A stretch of DNA of 64,000 nucleotides from the NCBI GenBank assembly GCA_038231435.1, contig JBBRLJ010000022.1:1-64000 (forward strand), read 5' to 3'. The stretch's first letter is position 1; each line of letters opens with the position of its first letter. Source of the stretch: Planctomycetota bacterium. Its GTDB lineage: Bacteria > Planctomycetota > UBA11346. Below the pieces are notes generated by a model that made no database searches, was not told where the DNA came from, and saw only the letters and a program-made list of their open reading frames with translations. Positions 7,804 through 17,984 of the stretch are shown here, piece after piece. The position numbers and the translations under genes are program-made.

Positions 7804-10677
7804 ATGCCCGCGATGCCGAACCAGTCCCAGCAGCCTCGGCCGTTCACGGTGTCCGAGATCCGCGAGGCCTACCTCGAGTTCTTCGCCTCGAAGGGCTGCG
7901 TCCGCTATCCCTCCGCCTCGCTGGTCCCGGAGAACGATCCGACCACCCTGTTCACCGTCGCGGGCATGTCCCAGTTCAAGGACATGTTCCTCGGCCGCGG
8001 CACGCATCCGTTCACGCGCGCGACCACCGTGCAGAAATGCCTGCGCGTCAACGACATCATGAACGTCGGACGCACCGCGCGTCATCAGACCTTCTTCGAA
8101 ATGCTCGGGCATTTCTCCTTCAACGACTTCTTCAAGGAGGAGGCGCTGAGCTGGATCTGGGAATTCCTCACCCAGCGGCTCGGGCTCGATCCGGAGCGCA
8201 TGTCGGTGTCGGTGCATCGCACCGACGACGAGTCCTTCCGCTTCTGGCGCGACAAGATCGGCATCCCCGAACAGCGTATCTTCAAGCTCGGCGACAAGGA
8301 CAACTTCTGGCCAGCGGACGCGCCCACCCAGGGGCCCGAGGGCCCGGGCGGATACTGCAGCGAGATCTTCTGGGACTTCCGCACCAACGACGACCCGAAC
8401 GACAACCTGACCTCCGACACCGGCCGCTTCGTCGAGATCAACAATTCGGTCTTCCCGCAGTTCAACGTGCGCAAGCCGAACCCCGATGGCACGCCCAACC
8501 TCGAGCAGCTCGGCCGCCGCAATGTCGACTTCGGCGGCGGTCTCGAGCGCCTCGCCTGCATCATGCAGGACGTCTACAACAATTTCGACATCGACGCGTT
8601 GCAGCTGATCGTCCAGCGCGTGTGCGGAATCAGTGGCCAGCAGTACGACCGCGAAGCCAGGGTCGGTGCCCAGGCGGAACGCAACGTGCTATTGCGCCGC
8701 GTCGCCGACCACGTGCGCGCGGTGACCTTCTGCGTCGCCGACGGCGCGCTGCCCGCCAACACTGGGCGTGGTTATGTCGTCCGCCGCCTCATCCGCCGCG
8801 CCACCCTGGACATCGACAAGCTGGGCGTGGCGGAGCCGCGGCTGCACGAGATCGTCGACGCGGTACTCGCGTCCATGGGCTCGGCCTATCCCGAGATCGT
8901 GCGCCGCGCGGATCTGGTGCGCGACACGCTCAAGGCCGAGGAACCGGCATTCCGCCGCACCCTGCGGCGTGGCCTCGAGCTGCTGGCCAAGGCGATCGAG
9001 CGCAACAAGGCGGCTGGCGCCGATTCCCCCATGGGGCAGAAGGCGTTCTCGGGCGACGACGCCTTCGAGCTGGTCACCACCCATGGCTTCCCCAAGGAGA
9101 TCATCGAGGAGCTGGTCGGCGTCGAGGGCATGGCCATCGACGAGGCCCGCTTCAAGGCGCGTTGGGACGAGCACACCGCGATCTCGAACACCAAGCACAT
9201 CGAGGTGTTCACCTCGACCGCCCTGCAGGAGGCCAAGCCGCGGCTCGGCGCGACCCCGTTCGTCGGCTACGACGAGCTCGAGTCGGCCGTCGAGCTGACC
9301 CTGATCGAAGTGGCGGGCAAAGAGGCCGCCGAGGCCGCGACCGGCTGCGAGGTCCGCTTCGCGCTGTCGCGCACGCCGTTCTACGCCGAGTCCGGAGGCC
9401 AGGTCGGCGATACCGGCTTCGTGCGCGCGGCCGATGGCGGGTGGGAGATCCGCGTCACCGACACGCAGAAGGACGAGGGCCTGGTCATCCACAGTGGGCA
9501 GGTGACCAAGGGCGTCGCGCGCCCCGCCCCTGCCGTCGCCGCCGTCGATGCCGACAAGCGCAAGGACACCACCCGGCATCACAGCGCCACGCATCTGCTG
9601 CACGCCGCGCTCGGCAAGATCCTCGGCGACCACGTCGAGCAGCAGGGTTCGAAGGTGGAGCCCGCATCGCTACGCTTCGACTTCAACAATCCGCAGGCCA
9701 TGACCGCCGAGCAGCTGAAGTCCGCCGAGGACTGGGTGAACCAGCAGATCCACGCCGGCCACATCGTCGGCATCGCCGAGCTCGCGATCGAGGACGCGCG
9801 TAAGCTCGGCGCCAAGGCTCAGTTCGGCGAGAAGTACGGCGCCAAGGTGCGCGTGGTGACGATGGGCCCCGACGTGCCGGTCTCGCGCGAGTTCTGCGGC
9901 GGCTGCCATGTGCACGACACGCGCGAGATCCGCGCCTTCCGCATCGTCAAGGAGGAGGCGACGGCCGCGGGCATCCGCCGCATCGTGGCGGTGGCTGGAC
10001 GCGCGGCGCTCGGCATGGCCGCGGCCGAGGCCGAGATCGCCGATGCCTGTGCGCAGCTGTTCGGCATGGCGAGGGTCGAGGATCCGCGCGCGGTCGAGCT
10101 GCTCGCCCAGGCGCTGAAGGTGCCGCGCAAGGAGCTGCCCGGCCGCATCGAGCAGATGCAGAAGGAGGTCTCGGACCTCGCCGGCAAGCTGCAGACCACG
10201 ATCATCACCGGCAGCGGCGATCTGGTCGAGCGCGTCGACCATCTGCAGATCGAGCTCAAGCGCCTGCGCAAGCTCAACGAGAGCAAGCAGGCCCACGCCG
10301 CATCCAGTCAGGCCGACGAACTGCTCGGCCGCATCGAGGACGTCGGCGGCGTGCCGGTGCTGATCGCCCAGGTCGACGGGCTCGAGGCCAAGGCCATGGG
10401 CCAGCTCGCCGAGACGCTGAAGTCGAAACGGCCGAGCCTGTGCCTGATCCTGGGCGGAGATGCCGGCGGCAAGGCCGTGCTGCTCTCCGCCGTCTCCAAG
10501 GACCTGGCCGCGCGCGGAATCTCGGCCGGCGCCTTGATCAAGCAGCTCGCCGAGGCCATCGGTGGACGCGGCGGCGGCAAGCCCGAGCTCGCGCAGGGGG
10601 GCGGTCCCGACGGTGCGCGCGTCGCCGAGGCCCTGGCGGCGGCCAAACCACTGGTGCAGCAGTCGCTTCGCGGCTAG
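7804..10677 (+). CDS. alaS: Alanine--tRNA ligase
   Basis: DPTTLFTVAGM, TARHQTFFEMLG, GLERL, GYVVRRLIRRA, TPFYAESGGQVGD, editing HSATHLLH and CGGCH, C-Ala GGRGGGKPELAQGGG. Start 7804 or 7813. Confidence 0.98.
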   Translation: MPAMPNQSQQPRPFTVSEIREAYLEFFASKGCVRYPSASLVPENDPTTLFTVAGMSQFKDMFLGRGTHPFTRATTVQKCLRVNDIMNVGRTARHQTFFEMLGHFSFNDFFKEEALSWIWEFLTQRLGLDPERMSVSVHRTDDESFRFWRDKIGIPEQRIFKLGDKDNFWPADAPTQGPEGPGGYCSEIFWDFRTNDDPNDNLTSDTGRFVEINNSVFPQFNVRKPNPDGTPNLEQLGRRNVDFGGGLERLACIMQDVYNNFDIDALQLIVQRVCGISGQQYDREARVGAQAERNVLLRRVADHVRAVTFCVADGALPANTGRGYVVRRLIRRATLDIDKLGVAEPRLHEIVDAVLASMGSAYPEIVRRADLVRDTLKAEEPAFRRTLRRGLELLAKAIERNKAAGADSPMGQKAFSGDDAFELVTTHGFPKEIIEELVGVEGMAIDEARFKARWDEHTAISNTKHIEVFTSTALQEAKPRLGATPFVGYDELESAVELTLIEVAGKEAAEAATGCEVRFALSRTPFYAESGGQVGDTGFVRAADGGWEIRVTDTQKDEGLVIHSGQVTKGVARPAPAVAAVDADKRKDTTRHHSATHLLHAALGKILGDHVEQQGSKVEPASLRFDFNNPQAMTAEQLKSAEDWVNQQIHAGHIVGIAELAIEDARKLGAKAQFGEKYGAKVRVVTMGPDVPVSREFCGGCHVHDTREIRAFRIVKEEATAAGIRRIVAVAGRAALGMAAAEAEIADACAQLFGMARVEDPRAVELLAQALKVPRKELPGRIEQMQKEVSDLAGKLQTTIITGSGDLVERVDHLQIELKRLRKLNESKQAHAASSQADELLGRIEDVGGVPVLIAQVDGLEAKAMGQLAETLKSKRPSLCLILGGDAGGKAVLLSAVSKDLAARGISAGALIKQLAEAIGGRGGGKPELAQGGGPDGARVAEALAAAKPLVQQSLRG

Positions 10678-10764
10678 GCTCGGTCACCGGTATGGAGCGC
10701 ACCACTACGTCCAGATCACGTCGCTCCAGCACCGCTGACATGGCTGGCCTGCATGGCGGCCTGT

Positions 10765-12612
10765 ATGGCTAAGAAGCCAGACAAGCCACGCACTGGCGTC
10801 GGCAGCGGCGAGGAACACCGCCGTCGTAAGACCATGTTCAAGGGGCTGCCGGTGGTCCCTGGCATCGCCCTGGGCCCGGTGCGGCTGAAGTTTCGCCAGA
10901 CCCAGGTGCTGTCCGACCGCACCATCGGCAAGGCCGACGTCCAGAAGGAGCACGATCGCCTGCTCGAGGCCGTGCGCCTCTCGAAGGAGCAGCTGCTCGA
11001 GGCGCGCGCCAAGGTATCAGAGGAGATCGGCGAGCTCGAGGCGACGATCTTCGACGCGCACATCGCCATCCTCGAGGACCAGAAGTTCCTCAAGACCATC
11101 CGCAGCATCGTCGAGCGCGATCTCAAGCCGGTCGAAGTGGTCGTCGCCGAGACCGTCGAAGGCTACTACCGCATGCTCAGCATGGTGAAGGATGAGCACC
11201 TCCGCGAGCGCTCGGCCGACTTCCGCGACATCGGCCGCCGCCTGCTCGACAACCTCGTCAGCTTGCACCAGCCGAGCGACGGCAAGATCGAGGAGCCGAC
11301 CGGCAGCGAGGAAGACATCATCTTCGCGCGCGAGCTCTTGCCGTCCGACCTGGTCACGCTCGAGCGCCGGCATTGCCAAGCGGTGATCTGCGAGCTGGGA
11401 TCCGACCGTGGCCACGCCGCGGTGATGCTGCGGGCGATGAACGTGCCCTCGGTGATGGGCCTGACCGACCTCACCGAGAACATCGAGGACGGCGATTTCG
11501 TCATCGTCGACGGATCGTCGGGCGCGGTCCTGATCAACCCGAAGAAGGACGTCGTCGATTCCTATCTCAAGACCAAGAAGGAATTCGAGAACTATAACAA
11601 GCTGCTCAAGGCCGAGGTCGAGCTGCCCGCAGTGACCACCGACGGGCACACCATCACCATGCTCGCGAACGTCTCGAAGCACAGCGAGATCGACCTGGCC
11701 AAGCTCTACAACATCGATGGCATCGGGCTCTACCGCAGCGAATTCCACCTGATGATCGGCAACACCTATCCCGACGAGGAGGAGCAGTACTGGATCTACC
11801 GCGAGGCGGTGCAGAAGCTCCCGGACAAGCCGGTGACGATCCGCACCATGGACATCGGCTCGGACAAGAAGCTGCCGTACGTGAAGCTGCTCGACGAGGA
11901 CACCCATGTGCTCGGGCGCCGCTCCATCCGCCTGATGACCGAGCTCGAGGAGTACCAGCTGATCCAGCTGCGCGCCATCATCCGCGCCAGCGTGCACGGC
12001 AAGGTGCGGCTGATGTTCCCCTTCATCACTTCGCTCGAGGACATCCGCACTGCCAAGCGCCTGGTGCGCGCCGCGCGCCGCGATCTCGAGCTGCGCGACC
12101 CGAAGAAGGTCTACCCCGACATCCCGATCGGCATGATGGTCGAGGTGCCGGCGGCGGCATTGTCGCTCGACAAGTACGTGCGCGAGGTCTCGTTCTTCTC
12201 GGTCGGCACCAACGACCTCACCCAGTACGTCTGCGCCGCCGACCGCAACCACCCCGACGTCGCGCCCTGGTTCAAGGGCCACAATCCGGGCATGCTGCAG
12301 ATCCTCAAGATCATCGTCGATACCTCGAAGGCCAACAACGGCGACCTCACGGTGTGCGGCGAGATGGCCGGCGATCCGTTCTACACCATGTTCCTGCTCG
12401 GCATCGGCGTAACCAAGTTGTCGATGTCCGCGCCGCAGGTGCCGCTGGTGAAGAAGATCATCCGTTCGGTGAACCTCTCGGGCGCGCAGAACCTGGCGCG
12501 CCGTGCGCTGCAGCTGACCTCGACCGGCCAGATCCGCGAGCTCTTCGCGCAAACGGTCGAGCAGATCCTCGGCCGCGACCTCGGTGGTTGGACACGCATG
12601 GTGCCCGAGTGA
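10765..12612 (+). CDS. ptsI: Phosphoenolpyruvate--protein phosphotransferase (PTS enzyme I)
   Basis: IFDAHIAILED, phospho-His GHAAVM, GIGLYRSE, RTMDIGSDK, GTNDLTQY, CGEMAGD. Confidence 0.95.
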   Translation: MAKKPDKPRTGVGSGEEHRRRKTMFKGLPVVPGIALGPVRLKFRQTQVLSDRTIGKADVQKEHDRLLEAVRLSKEQLLEARAKVSEEIGELEATIFDAHIAILEDQKFLKTIRSIVERDLKPVEVVVAETVEGYYRMLSMVKDEHLRERSADFRDIGRRLLDNLVSLHQPSDGKIEEPTGSEEDIIFARELLPSDLVTLERRHCQAVICELGSDRGHAAVMLRAMNVPSVMGLTDLTENIEDGDFVIVDGSSGAVLINPKKDVVDSYLKTKKEFENYNKLLKAEVELPAVTTDGHTITMLANVSKHSEIDLAKLYNIDGIGLYRSEFHLMIGNTYPDEEEQYWIYREAVQKLPDKPVTIRTMDIGSDKKLPYVKLLDEDTHVLGRRSIRLMTELEEYQLIQLRAIIRASVHGKVRLMFPFITSLEDIRTAKRLVRAARRDLELRDPKKVYPDIPIGMMVEVPAAALSLDKYVREVSFFSVGTNDLTQYVCAADRNHPDVAPWFKGHNPGMLQILKIIVDTSKANNGDLTVCGEMAGDPFYTMFLLGIGVTKLSMSAPQVPLVKKIIRSVNLSGAQNLARRALQLTSTGQIRELFAQTVEQILGRDLGGWTRMVPE

Positions 12613-12646
12613 GGGCCCCGGTGACGATGCGCGCGATGGAGGGCCG

Positions 12647-12904
12647 GTGAACTCGGTGTGGCGCTGGGTGGCGATCGTCGTTTCGGCGCTCGCGGTCGCA
12701 GGCGGCCAGCTGGTGTCGACGGTGTTCCAAGGCCCTGCGAAGACCGCTGGCATCGCCCTGGCCCTGGTCGGAGGCGCCATCCTGCTGGTGGTGGTCGCCC
12801 AGGCCGGAATGAGCGGATTGCCTGGCAAGCGCAAGAACCGGGAGCCTACGGCTCCTGGTCCTAGGCCCGGACCAGCCGACGGCGGTCCGTCGCGCAAGCG
12901 CTGA
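12647..12904 (+). CDS. Small two-TM membrane protein
   Basis: ggaggg RBS, GTG start, two hydrophobic helices, basic C-tail. Fills the gap between ptsI and galK. Confidence 0.65.
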   Translation: MNSVWRWVAIVVSALAVAGGQLVSTVFQGPAKTAGIALALVGGAILLVVVAQAGMSGLPGKRKNREPTAPGPRPGPADGGPSRKR

Positions 12905-12970
12905 GCGCAAGCTCAGACAGGCGACAACGCTCATTGACCGGACGCGCCATGCGTCCACCGTTGGCGCCCC

Positions 12971-14149
12971 ATGGACGCGCGACTCACCGATCTGATCTCG
13001 GCTTTCAAGAACGCCTTCGGCCAGGCGCCGACGCACGGCGTGCGCGCGCCCGGGCGCGTGAACCTGATCGGCGAGCACACCGACTACAACGACGGCTTCT
13101 GCCTGCCGATGGCGATCGAGCGCGACGTGCTGATGGCGTTCAGGCCGCGTTCGGACACCACCGTGCGCGTGCTCTCCCTGCAGCAGAAAAACATGGAAAT
13201 CTTCGATGTCGGCCCGTCCGAGGGCAAGCGCATCCACAAGTCGAGCCAGGTCACGGCGCGCTGGGCCGACTACATCAAGGGCTGCGCGCAGGTGCTGCGC
13301 GAGGAAGGCCTGAAGCTGCACGGCGTGGATCTGGCGCTCACCGGTGACGTGCCGCTGGGTTCCGGCCTGTCGAGCTCGGCGGCGCTCGAGGTGGCCACCA
13401 TGCATGCGATGCTCGGGGCCAACGGGCTGACCTTCGCGGGCGAGAAGATCGCGAAGCTCGCCCAGCGCGCCGAGAACACCTACGTCGGCACCAACTGCGG
13501 CATCCTCGACCAGCTGTCATCCGCCTGCGCCGTCGCCGGGCAGCCGATGCTCATGGATTGCCGCACGCTGGCGCTCACGCCCGCGCCGATGCCGAAGGGG
13601 GTCAGCGTGGTGATCGCCGACACCGGCAAGCGCCGCGGCCTGGTGGACAGCGCCTACAATGAACGCCGCGCGCAGTGCGAGGCTGGCGCCAAGGCGCTCG
13701 GGGTGAGCCATCTGCGCGACGTCACCCTGGCCGGCCTCTGGCAGGCCGCCGACTCCGGCAAGATCGACTCCCTCGCCCAGCGCCGCTGCGAGCACGTGAT
13801 CGCCGAGAACGGCCGCACGCTGGCGGCCTATTCGTGCCTCAAGGCCGGCGACGCGGTGGCGCTCGGCCAGCTGATGGACCAGAGCCACGCCGACCTGCGC
13901 GACAAGTTCCAGGTAAGCTGCCGCGAACTCGATGACATGGTCGCGATCGCGCGTTCGCTGCCCGGTTGCCTGGGCTCGCGCATGACCGGAGCGGGTTTCG
14001 GCGGCTGCACCGTGAGCCTGGTCAAGGACGATGACTGCCCGGGGTTCGCGACCACGCTGGCCTCGTCGTACAAGCGGCTCCATGACCTGCCGGTCGCGGT
14101 ATACATCACCCGGGCGGCTCCCGGCGCCGGTCCGATCCCGTTGTCGTGA
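12971..14149 (+). CDS. galK: Galactokinase
   Basis: APGRVNLIGEHTDYNDG, PLGSGLSSSAA, RMTGAGFGG. Confidence 0.97.
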   Translation: MDARLTDLISAFKNAFGQAPTHGVRAPGRVNLIGEHTDYNDGFCLPMAIERDVLMAFRPRSDTTVRVLSLQQKNMEIFDVGPSEGKRIHKSSQVTARWADYIKGCAQVLREEGLKLHGVDLALTGDVPLGSGLSSSAALEVATMHAMLGANGLTFAGEKIAKLAQRAENTYVGTNCGILDQLSSACAVAGQPMLMDCRTLALTPAPMPKGVSVVIADTGKRRGLVDSAYNERRAQCEAGAKALGVSHLRDVTLAGLWQAADSGKIDSLAQRRCEHVIAENGRTLAAYSCLKAGDAVALGQLMDQSHADLRDKFQVSCRELDDMVAIARSLPGCLGSRMTGAGFGGCTVSLVKDDDCPGFATTLASSYKRLHDLPVAVYITRAAPGAGPIPLS

Positions 14150-14613
14150 GCGGAGACCCCGCGCCCAGTACGCCGCCCGCCGCTGGTTCCGCGGAGCCGT
14201 GGTATTCCGGCGGCCTCGAGTTCACCTGCACCCAATGCGGGAACTGCTGCACCGGGGAGCCCGGCTTCACCTGGGTCAGCGACGTCGAGATCGGCCGTCT
14301 GGCCCAGCGGCTCGGCCTCGACGAGGCGGCCTTCCGCCGCCGCTACACGCGCGAGGCATGGCGCAGGGGCGAGAAACGCGCCGCCCTGGTCGACAAGCCG
14401 GATCACGACTGCGTGTTCTTCAGGCGCGGCGTCGGCTGCACTGTTTACGAGGACCGGCCCAAGCAGTGCCGCACGTGGCCCTTCTGGCGTTCGGTGGTCG
14501 CTCAGCGCGAAGACTGGGAGGATGCCGCGCGTTCGTGCCCTGGCATGGGCCGCGGCCGCCATCATTCCGCGGGCGACATCGCCGCCTCAGCGGCCGACGA
14601 TGGCCTCCCATGA
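14146..14613 (+). CDS. YkgJ-family cysteine-cluster (Zn/Fe-chelating) protein
   Basis: FTCTQCGNCC, DCVF, GCTVYEDRPKQCRTWPFW, CPG. Confidence 0.92.
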   Translation: MSGDPAPSTPPAAGSAEPWYSGGLEFTCTQCGNCCTGEPGFTWVSDVEIGRLAQRLGLDEAAFRRRYTREAWRRGEKRAALVDKPDHDCVFFRRGVGCTVYEDRPKQCRTWPFWRSVVAQREDWEDAARSCPGMGRGRHHSAGDIAASAADDGLP

Positions 14614-14784
14614 TGAAGTGCGCCAGCCTCCAGGCCTGCCTCGGCCGCCGAGGTCGGTCCGCCCGCGATCCGGACCTCGCCAGCGTCACCGCTTCTTCGC
14701 GTCGGCGTTCCATCAGCATGGACGCCCTGGACGACAGGCGTGGCTGGCATGGGCTTCCGTATGAGCTTCGGCATGGGGATGGGC

Positions 14785-15300
14785 ATGGGTGAGGATGCTG
14801 ACATCGCGCTGGTGACGCGCGCGCGCGGTGGCGATCGCGAGGCCTGGGCGGCGCTGTGTCGACTCAGCGCGCCGCGATTGGCGGCTTATCTGGGCGCCCG
14901 GCTCGCCCGCCAGGCGGTGGTCGAGAAGCTGGTTGGCGACGCCATCGTGGCGGCATGGCGCAAGCTTCCGGAGCTACAGGATCCCTCGGAATTTCCAGCG
15001 TGGCTCCGGCGCATCGGCGCCAATCTCGCGATGCGCTGGCGTTCCGACCACCCCGATGAGGCCCTGCAGGAGCCGTTCCCGGCCGAGCTGTGCGCCGATG
15101 GCGAGCAGATCGAGCGCATGCGCCGGCTCGGCGAAGCCATGGGCAGGCTCCCTGACGCCGAACGCATCGCCCTGGAGCAACGCTTCCGCGGCAGGCTCGA
15201 CGGCGCGGCCCTGGGCGAGGCGCTGCACCTGGATCCGGCGGCGATTCCCGCGGCGATCGAGCGTGCGCTCGCATCCCTGGACCGCGAACTGCGGCCATGA
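14785..15300 (+). CDS. ECF sigma-70 factor
   Basis: D..LV.RAR.GDREAW..L, F.AWLRRI..N, region 4 LPDAERIAL..RF. Start uncertain (14740-14785). Confidence 0.8.
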   Translation: MGEDADIALVTRARGGDREAWAALCRLSAPRLAAYLGARLARQAVVEKLVGDAIVAAWRKLPELQDPSEFPAWLRRIGANLAMRWRSDHPDEALQEPFPAELCADGEQIERMRRLGEAMGRLPDAERIALEQRFRGRLDGAALGEALHLDPAAIPAAIERALASLDRELRP

Positions 15301-17042
15301 GCCGGGGTGAAGCGGGTGGGGGAGCCGCGAGGCCGTTGATGTCTGAGCGGATGCGGAGGCCGGGACGCAGGCCGACCGCGGCGCTGATCGCCGCGGTGTC
15401 GCTAGCGTCGATGTTGGCTGGAATATCTGGCGCCGCCGAGGATCCGGCGCTCGACGCGGCGCGCACCGCCCTTGCGGCAGGACAGCCGGTCGAGGCGCTC
15501 GCGGTGTTGCGCGGCGTCAAGCCACGAGGCCCGTCCGCGCGTCTGATCGAAGCGCGGGCCCAGCTCGCGCTCGGGCGCACGCGTGAGGCGATCGAATTGC
15601 TCGGATCGATCGATGGCGCTGGCATACCCGACGCGGTGGCGCGTTGGGATGCCGGCAGTCGCGGCGAGGCGTCGCAAGTCGGCGCCGAGGCGTTGCTGGC
15701 CGCGGGAGGGAACATGCCCAGCGCCCTGCACCTGTTGGCGCAAGCGCTCGAGCTCGGTGGGCGCGGCGTCGAGCCCGATCGCTGCCTCGCGCTCGATTGC
15801 CAATGCCTGCTGCGTTCGGGCGAGCGCGACCAGGCGGTGCGCGCAGCGCGGCGGCTGTGGCAGGGCTGGCCACGCAGCGCCTACCGGGTCAAGGGCGGGC
15901 TGGTCCTCGCGCATGCAATCGCCACCAGCGAGCCGACCGCGGCGCGCGAGATCCTCGCGGCGATCCGCGTCGACGCGGCGATCAGCGCCAGCGACCGCCG
16001 AGACGCCGGCGAACTGCTGTGCCGGATCCTGCTGGTGGAGCACCCGGGCCAATGCCTGGTGGTCGCGGAGCAGGAGCTCGGGCATCTCGCCGCGACCGAA
16101 CGCGGGGCCTTGCCGCTGTACCGCGCCCTGGCGCTCGCGCGGCTGGAACCGCGCACGGGCGCGCAGGCGCTGCGGACGCTGCCGGCCGATCTGGCCGCCG
16201 ATCCGACGGTCCAGCCCGCACTCCGCGACGCCGAGGCGAACGGCGCAGCGTCGGTGGCGATGGTGTGCGAACGGGCGCGCGCCTCGATCGCCCTCGGTCG
16301 GGCCGACGAGGCCAGGGCTCTGCTCGAGCCGTTGGCCGCCGATCAGCCCGAGGCCCTGGCGGCGCTGTGCTCGGTGCCCGGGCTCGATTGCCAACGCTTC
16401 GTCGGCTTTCCCGCCGCGCGCTCGCCCATCGCCGCGCTCGCGCTGACCCGCGCCCTGGCGGGCGCCGGCAAGCTGCCTGCCGCATGGGCCGTGCTGTTGC
16501 CGCTGCTACCGGCATCAGCGGCTCCATCGGCACGGGAGGCGGCATCTGATGAGGCAGACGGCGCGACTGCGGAGGTGCTGTACTGGGCATCCGTCTGCGC
16601 ACCCGAGCAGGAGCGCCGCGAGGGCTACCGCCGACGACTCCTGGCTTCCAAGGCCACCGGTCTCGAAGCCGGACTCGCCTGGTGCGCCGAGGCCGAGGCC
16701 CGGACCCGTGACGGCGGAGACGCGGTGGAAGCCTGGTCCCGCGCCGCGGCCCTGCTGCCCGCCGAGCACCCGTGGCAGGCCGAAGCCGCATGGCGCGCCG
16801 CGCGCGAGCTGGCCGCTCGAGGAGACGATCCGGGCGCGCGCGCGTTGCTCGATGGCCCGGCCTCCTGGCGCGCGGACGACGAGGTCAATTGCCGCTGCCG
16901 ATTCCTGCTCGCGCAGGTGCTGGCCCGGAGCGGCGCCCGTGACGAGGCGATGCGGGCCGCGGACAGCCTCACGGGGCGCGGAGACGCCGCTCGACAGGCT
17001 CGTGTCGAGGCGTTCCTGGCCTCTCTGCGTGACACGCCGTGA
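15297..17042 (+). CDS. Exported TPR-like helical repeat protein
   Basis: Signal-like N-terminus and Ala/Leu-rich TPR-like repeats. ATGA overlap with the ECF sigma gene. Confidence 0.65.
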   Translation: MSRGEAGGGAARPLMSERMRRPGRRPTAALIAAVSLASMLAGISGAAEDPALDAARTALAAGQPVEALAVLRGVKPRGPSARLIEARAQLALGRTREAIELLGSIDGAGIPDAVARWDAGSRGEASQVGAEALLAAGGNMPSALHLLAQALELGGRGVEPDRCLALDCQCLLRSGERDQAVRAARRLWQGWPRSAYRVKGGLVLAHAIATSEPTAAREILAAIRVDAAISASDRRDAGELLCRILLVEHPGQCLVVAEQELGHLAATERGALPLYRALALARLEPRTGAQALRTLPADLAADPTVQPALRDAEANGAASVAMVCERARASIALGRADEARALLEPLAADQPEALAALCSVPGLDCQRFVGFPAARSPIAALALTRALAGAGKLPAAWAVLLPLLPASAAPSAREAASDEADGATAEVLYWASVCAPEQERREGYRRRLLASKATGLEAGLAWCAEAEARTRDGGDAVEAWSRAAALLPAEHPWQAEAAWRAARELAARGDDPGARALLDGPASWRADDEVNCRCRFLLAQVLARSGARDEAMRAADSLTGRGDAARQARVEAFLASLRDTP

Positions 17043-17142
17043 AGTCAGTGCGTGCCGGTAAACGCCGGGGGCAAAATATCTCGATCATACTGAGGTCGTA
17101 ACTCTTGCCGTTCTCACCCACCTCTTTTCCATTCGAACCCAC

Positions 17143-17178
17143 CTAACCTTTGACAGGTTAGTCGATACCCTCTATGGT
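17143..17178 (+). promoter_or_regulatory. Sigma-70 promoter with a palindromic operator over the -35
   Basis: TTGACA (17150-55)-N17-TATGGT (17173-78), overlapped by CTAACCT-N5-AGGTTAG (17143-61). Confidence 0.7.
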
Positions 17179-17325
17179 CACCGACATGACCGGGTCGTGC
17201 GAACGCATGATGCTGGATGGAGATAGGGATGTTTGCAGGCAGCAGTCTTCTGGCGATGCCCCCGATCGTTCTGCCAGCCGCTTCTCTCGCGACGTGTCCA
17301 GTGATGGCGAACGGGTGATCCTCCT

Positions 17326-17982
17326 ATGATCCTGATCAACCTCCTGCCGCCGGAACTGCGCAAGAGCAGCAGCGGATACAACCCCCTGGTGCTCGCCGGA
17401 GTCGGTGGCGCTGCGTTGTGCTTGCTGCTGGCTGCGTTCTTCGGCTACATCCACTTCAAGAAGCTTCCCGACGCGCGGGCTCTGCTCGTCGAGAAGCAGG
17501 ATCTGCTCACGCAGAAGACCGCCCTCGCCCAGGTCGTGCTCGATGACGAGGCCGAGATCGCCAGCCACGAAGAGACCAAGGCCAAGCTGCTCGACCTGCT
17601 CGCGCGCAAGGTCTTCTGGGCCCACACCCTCGATGACTTCGCAAACCTCCTGGCCAGCAACTTCCCGGGTTTCACCATGCGCTGCCTAGACCTGAACATC
17701 TCGCCGACCGCAGACCGGCGCGGCGAGGCGTCCACCTATGCGTTCCGGGGTCGCTACCAAGTGGTCGGAGACGACAAGCTCAAAGCCGGCGAGTACGTCA
17801 AGGCGATGTTCAAGGCCATCGGCAATAGCGCTTTCTGGAAATCACACGGCTTCGCCGGCAAGCCCGAGGACACCTACTTCGGCGATCAGCCGCAGTGGAA
17901 TACCGGCATCGGCAAGGTCATCGATTCGTTCAGTCTCGAGTTCCAGCGCGTCAAGACGACCAAGCCCAAGGCCGGGGGCTGA
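17326..17982 (+). CDS. pilN: Type IV pilus alignment protein PilN-like
   Basis: Hallmark N-terminal INLLP, one TM helix, coiled coil, W...L.D. First gene of the operon. Confidence 0.8.
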   Translation: MILINLLPPELRKSSSGYNPLVLAGVGGAALCLLLAAFFGYIHFKKLPDARALLVEKQDLLTQKTALAQVVLDDEAEIASHEETKAKLLDLLARKVFWAHTLDDFANLLASNFPGFTMRCLDLNISPTADRRGEASTYAFRGRYQVVGDDKLKAGEYVKAMFKAIGNSAFWKSHGFAGKPEDTYFGDQPQWNTGIGKVIDSFSLEFQRVKTTKPKAGG

Positions 17983-17984
17983 TC

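Noticed and set aside
10765..14149. ptsI-galK as a new galactose PTS pathway
   Set aside because: No HPr or EII genes nearby and both enzymes look canonical. Adjacency alone is insufficient.
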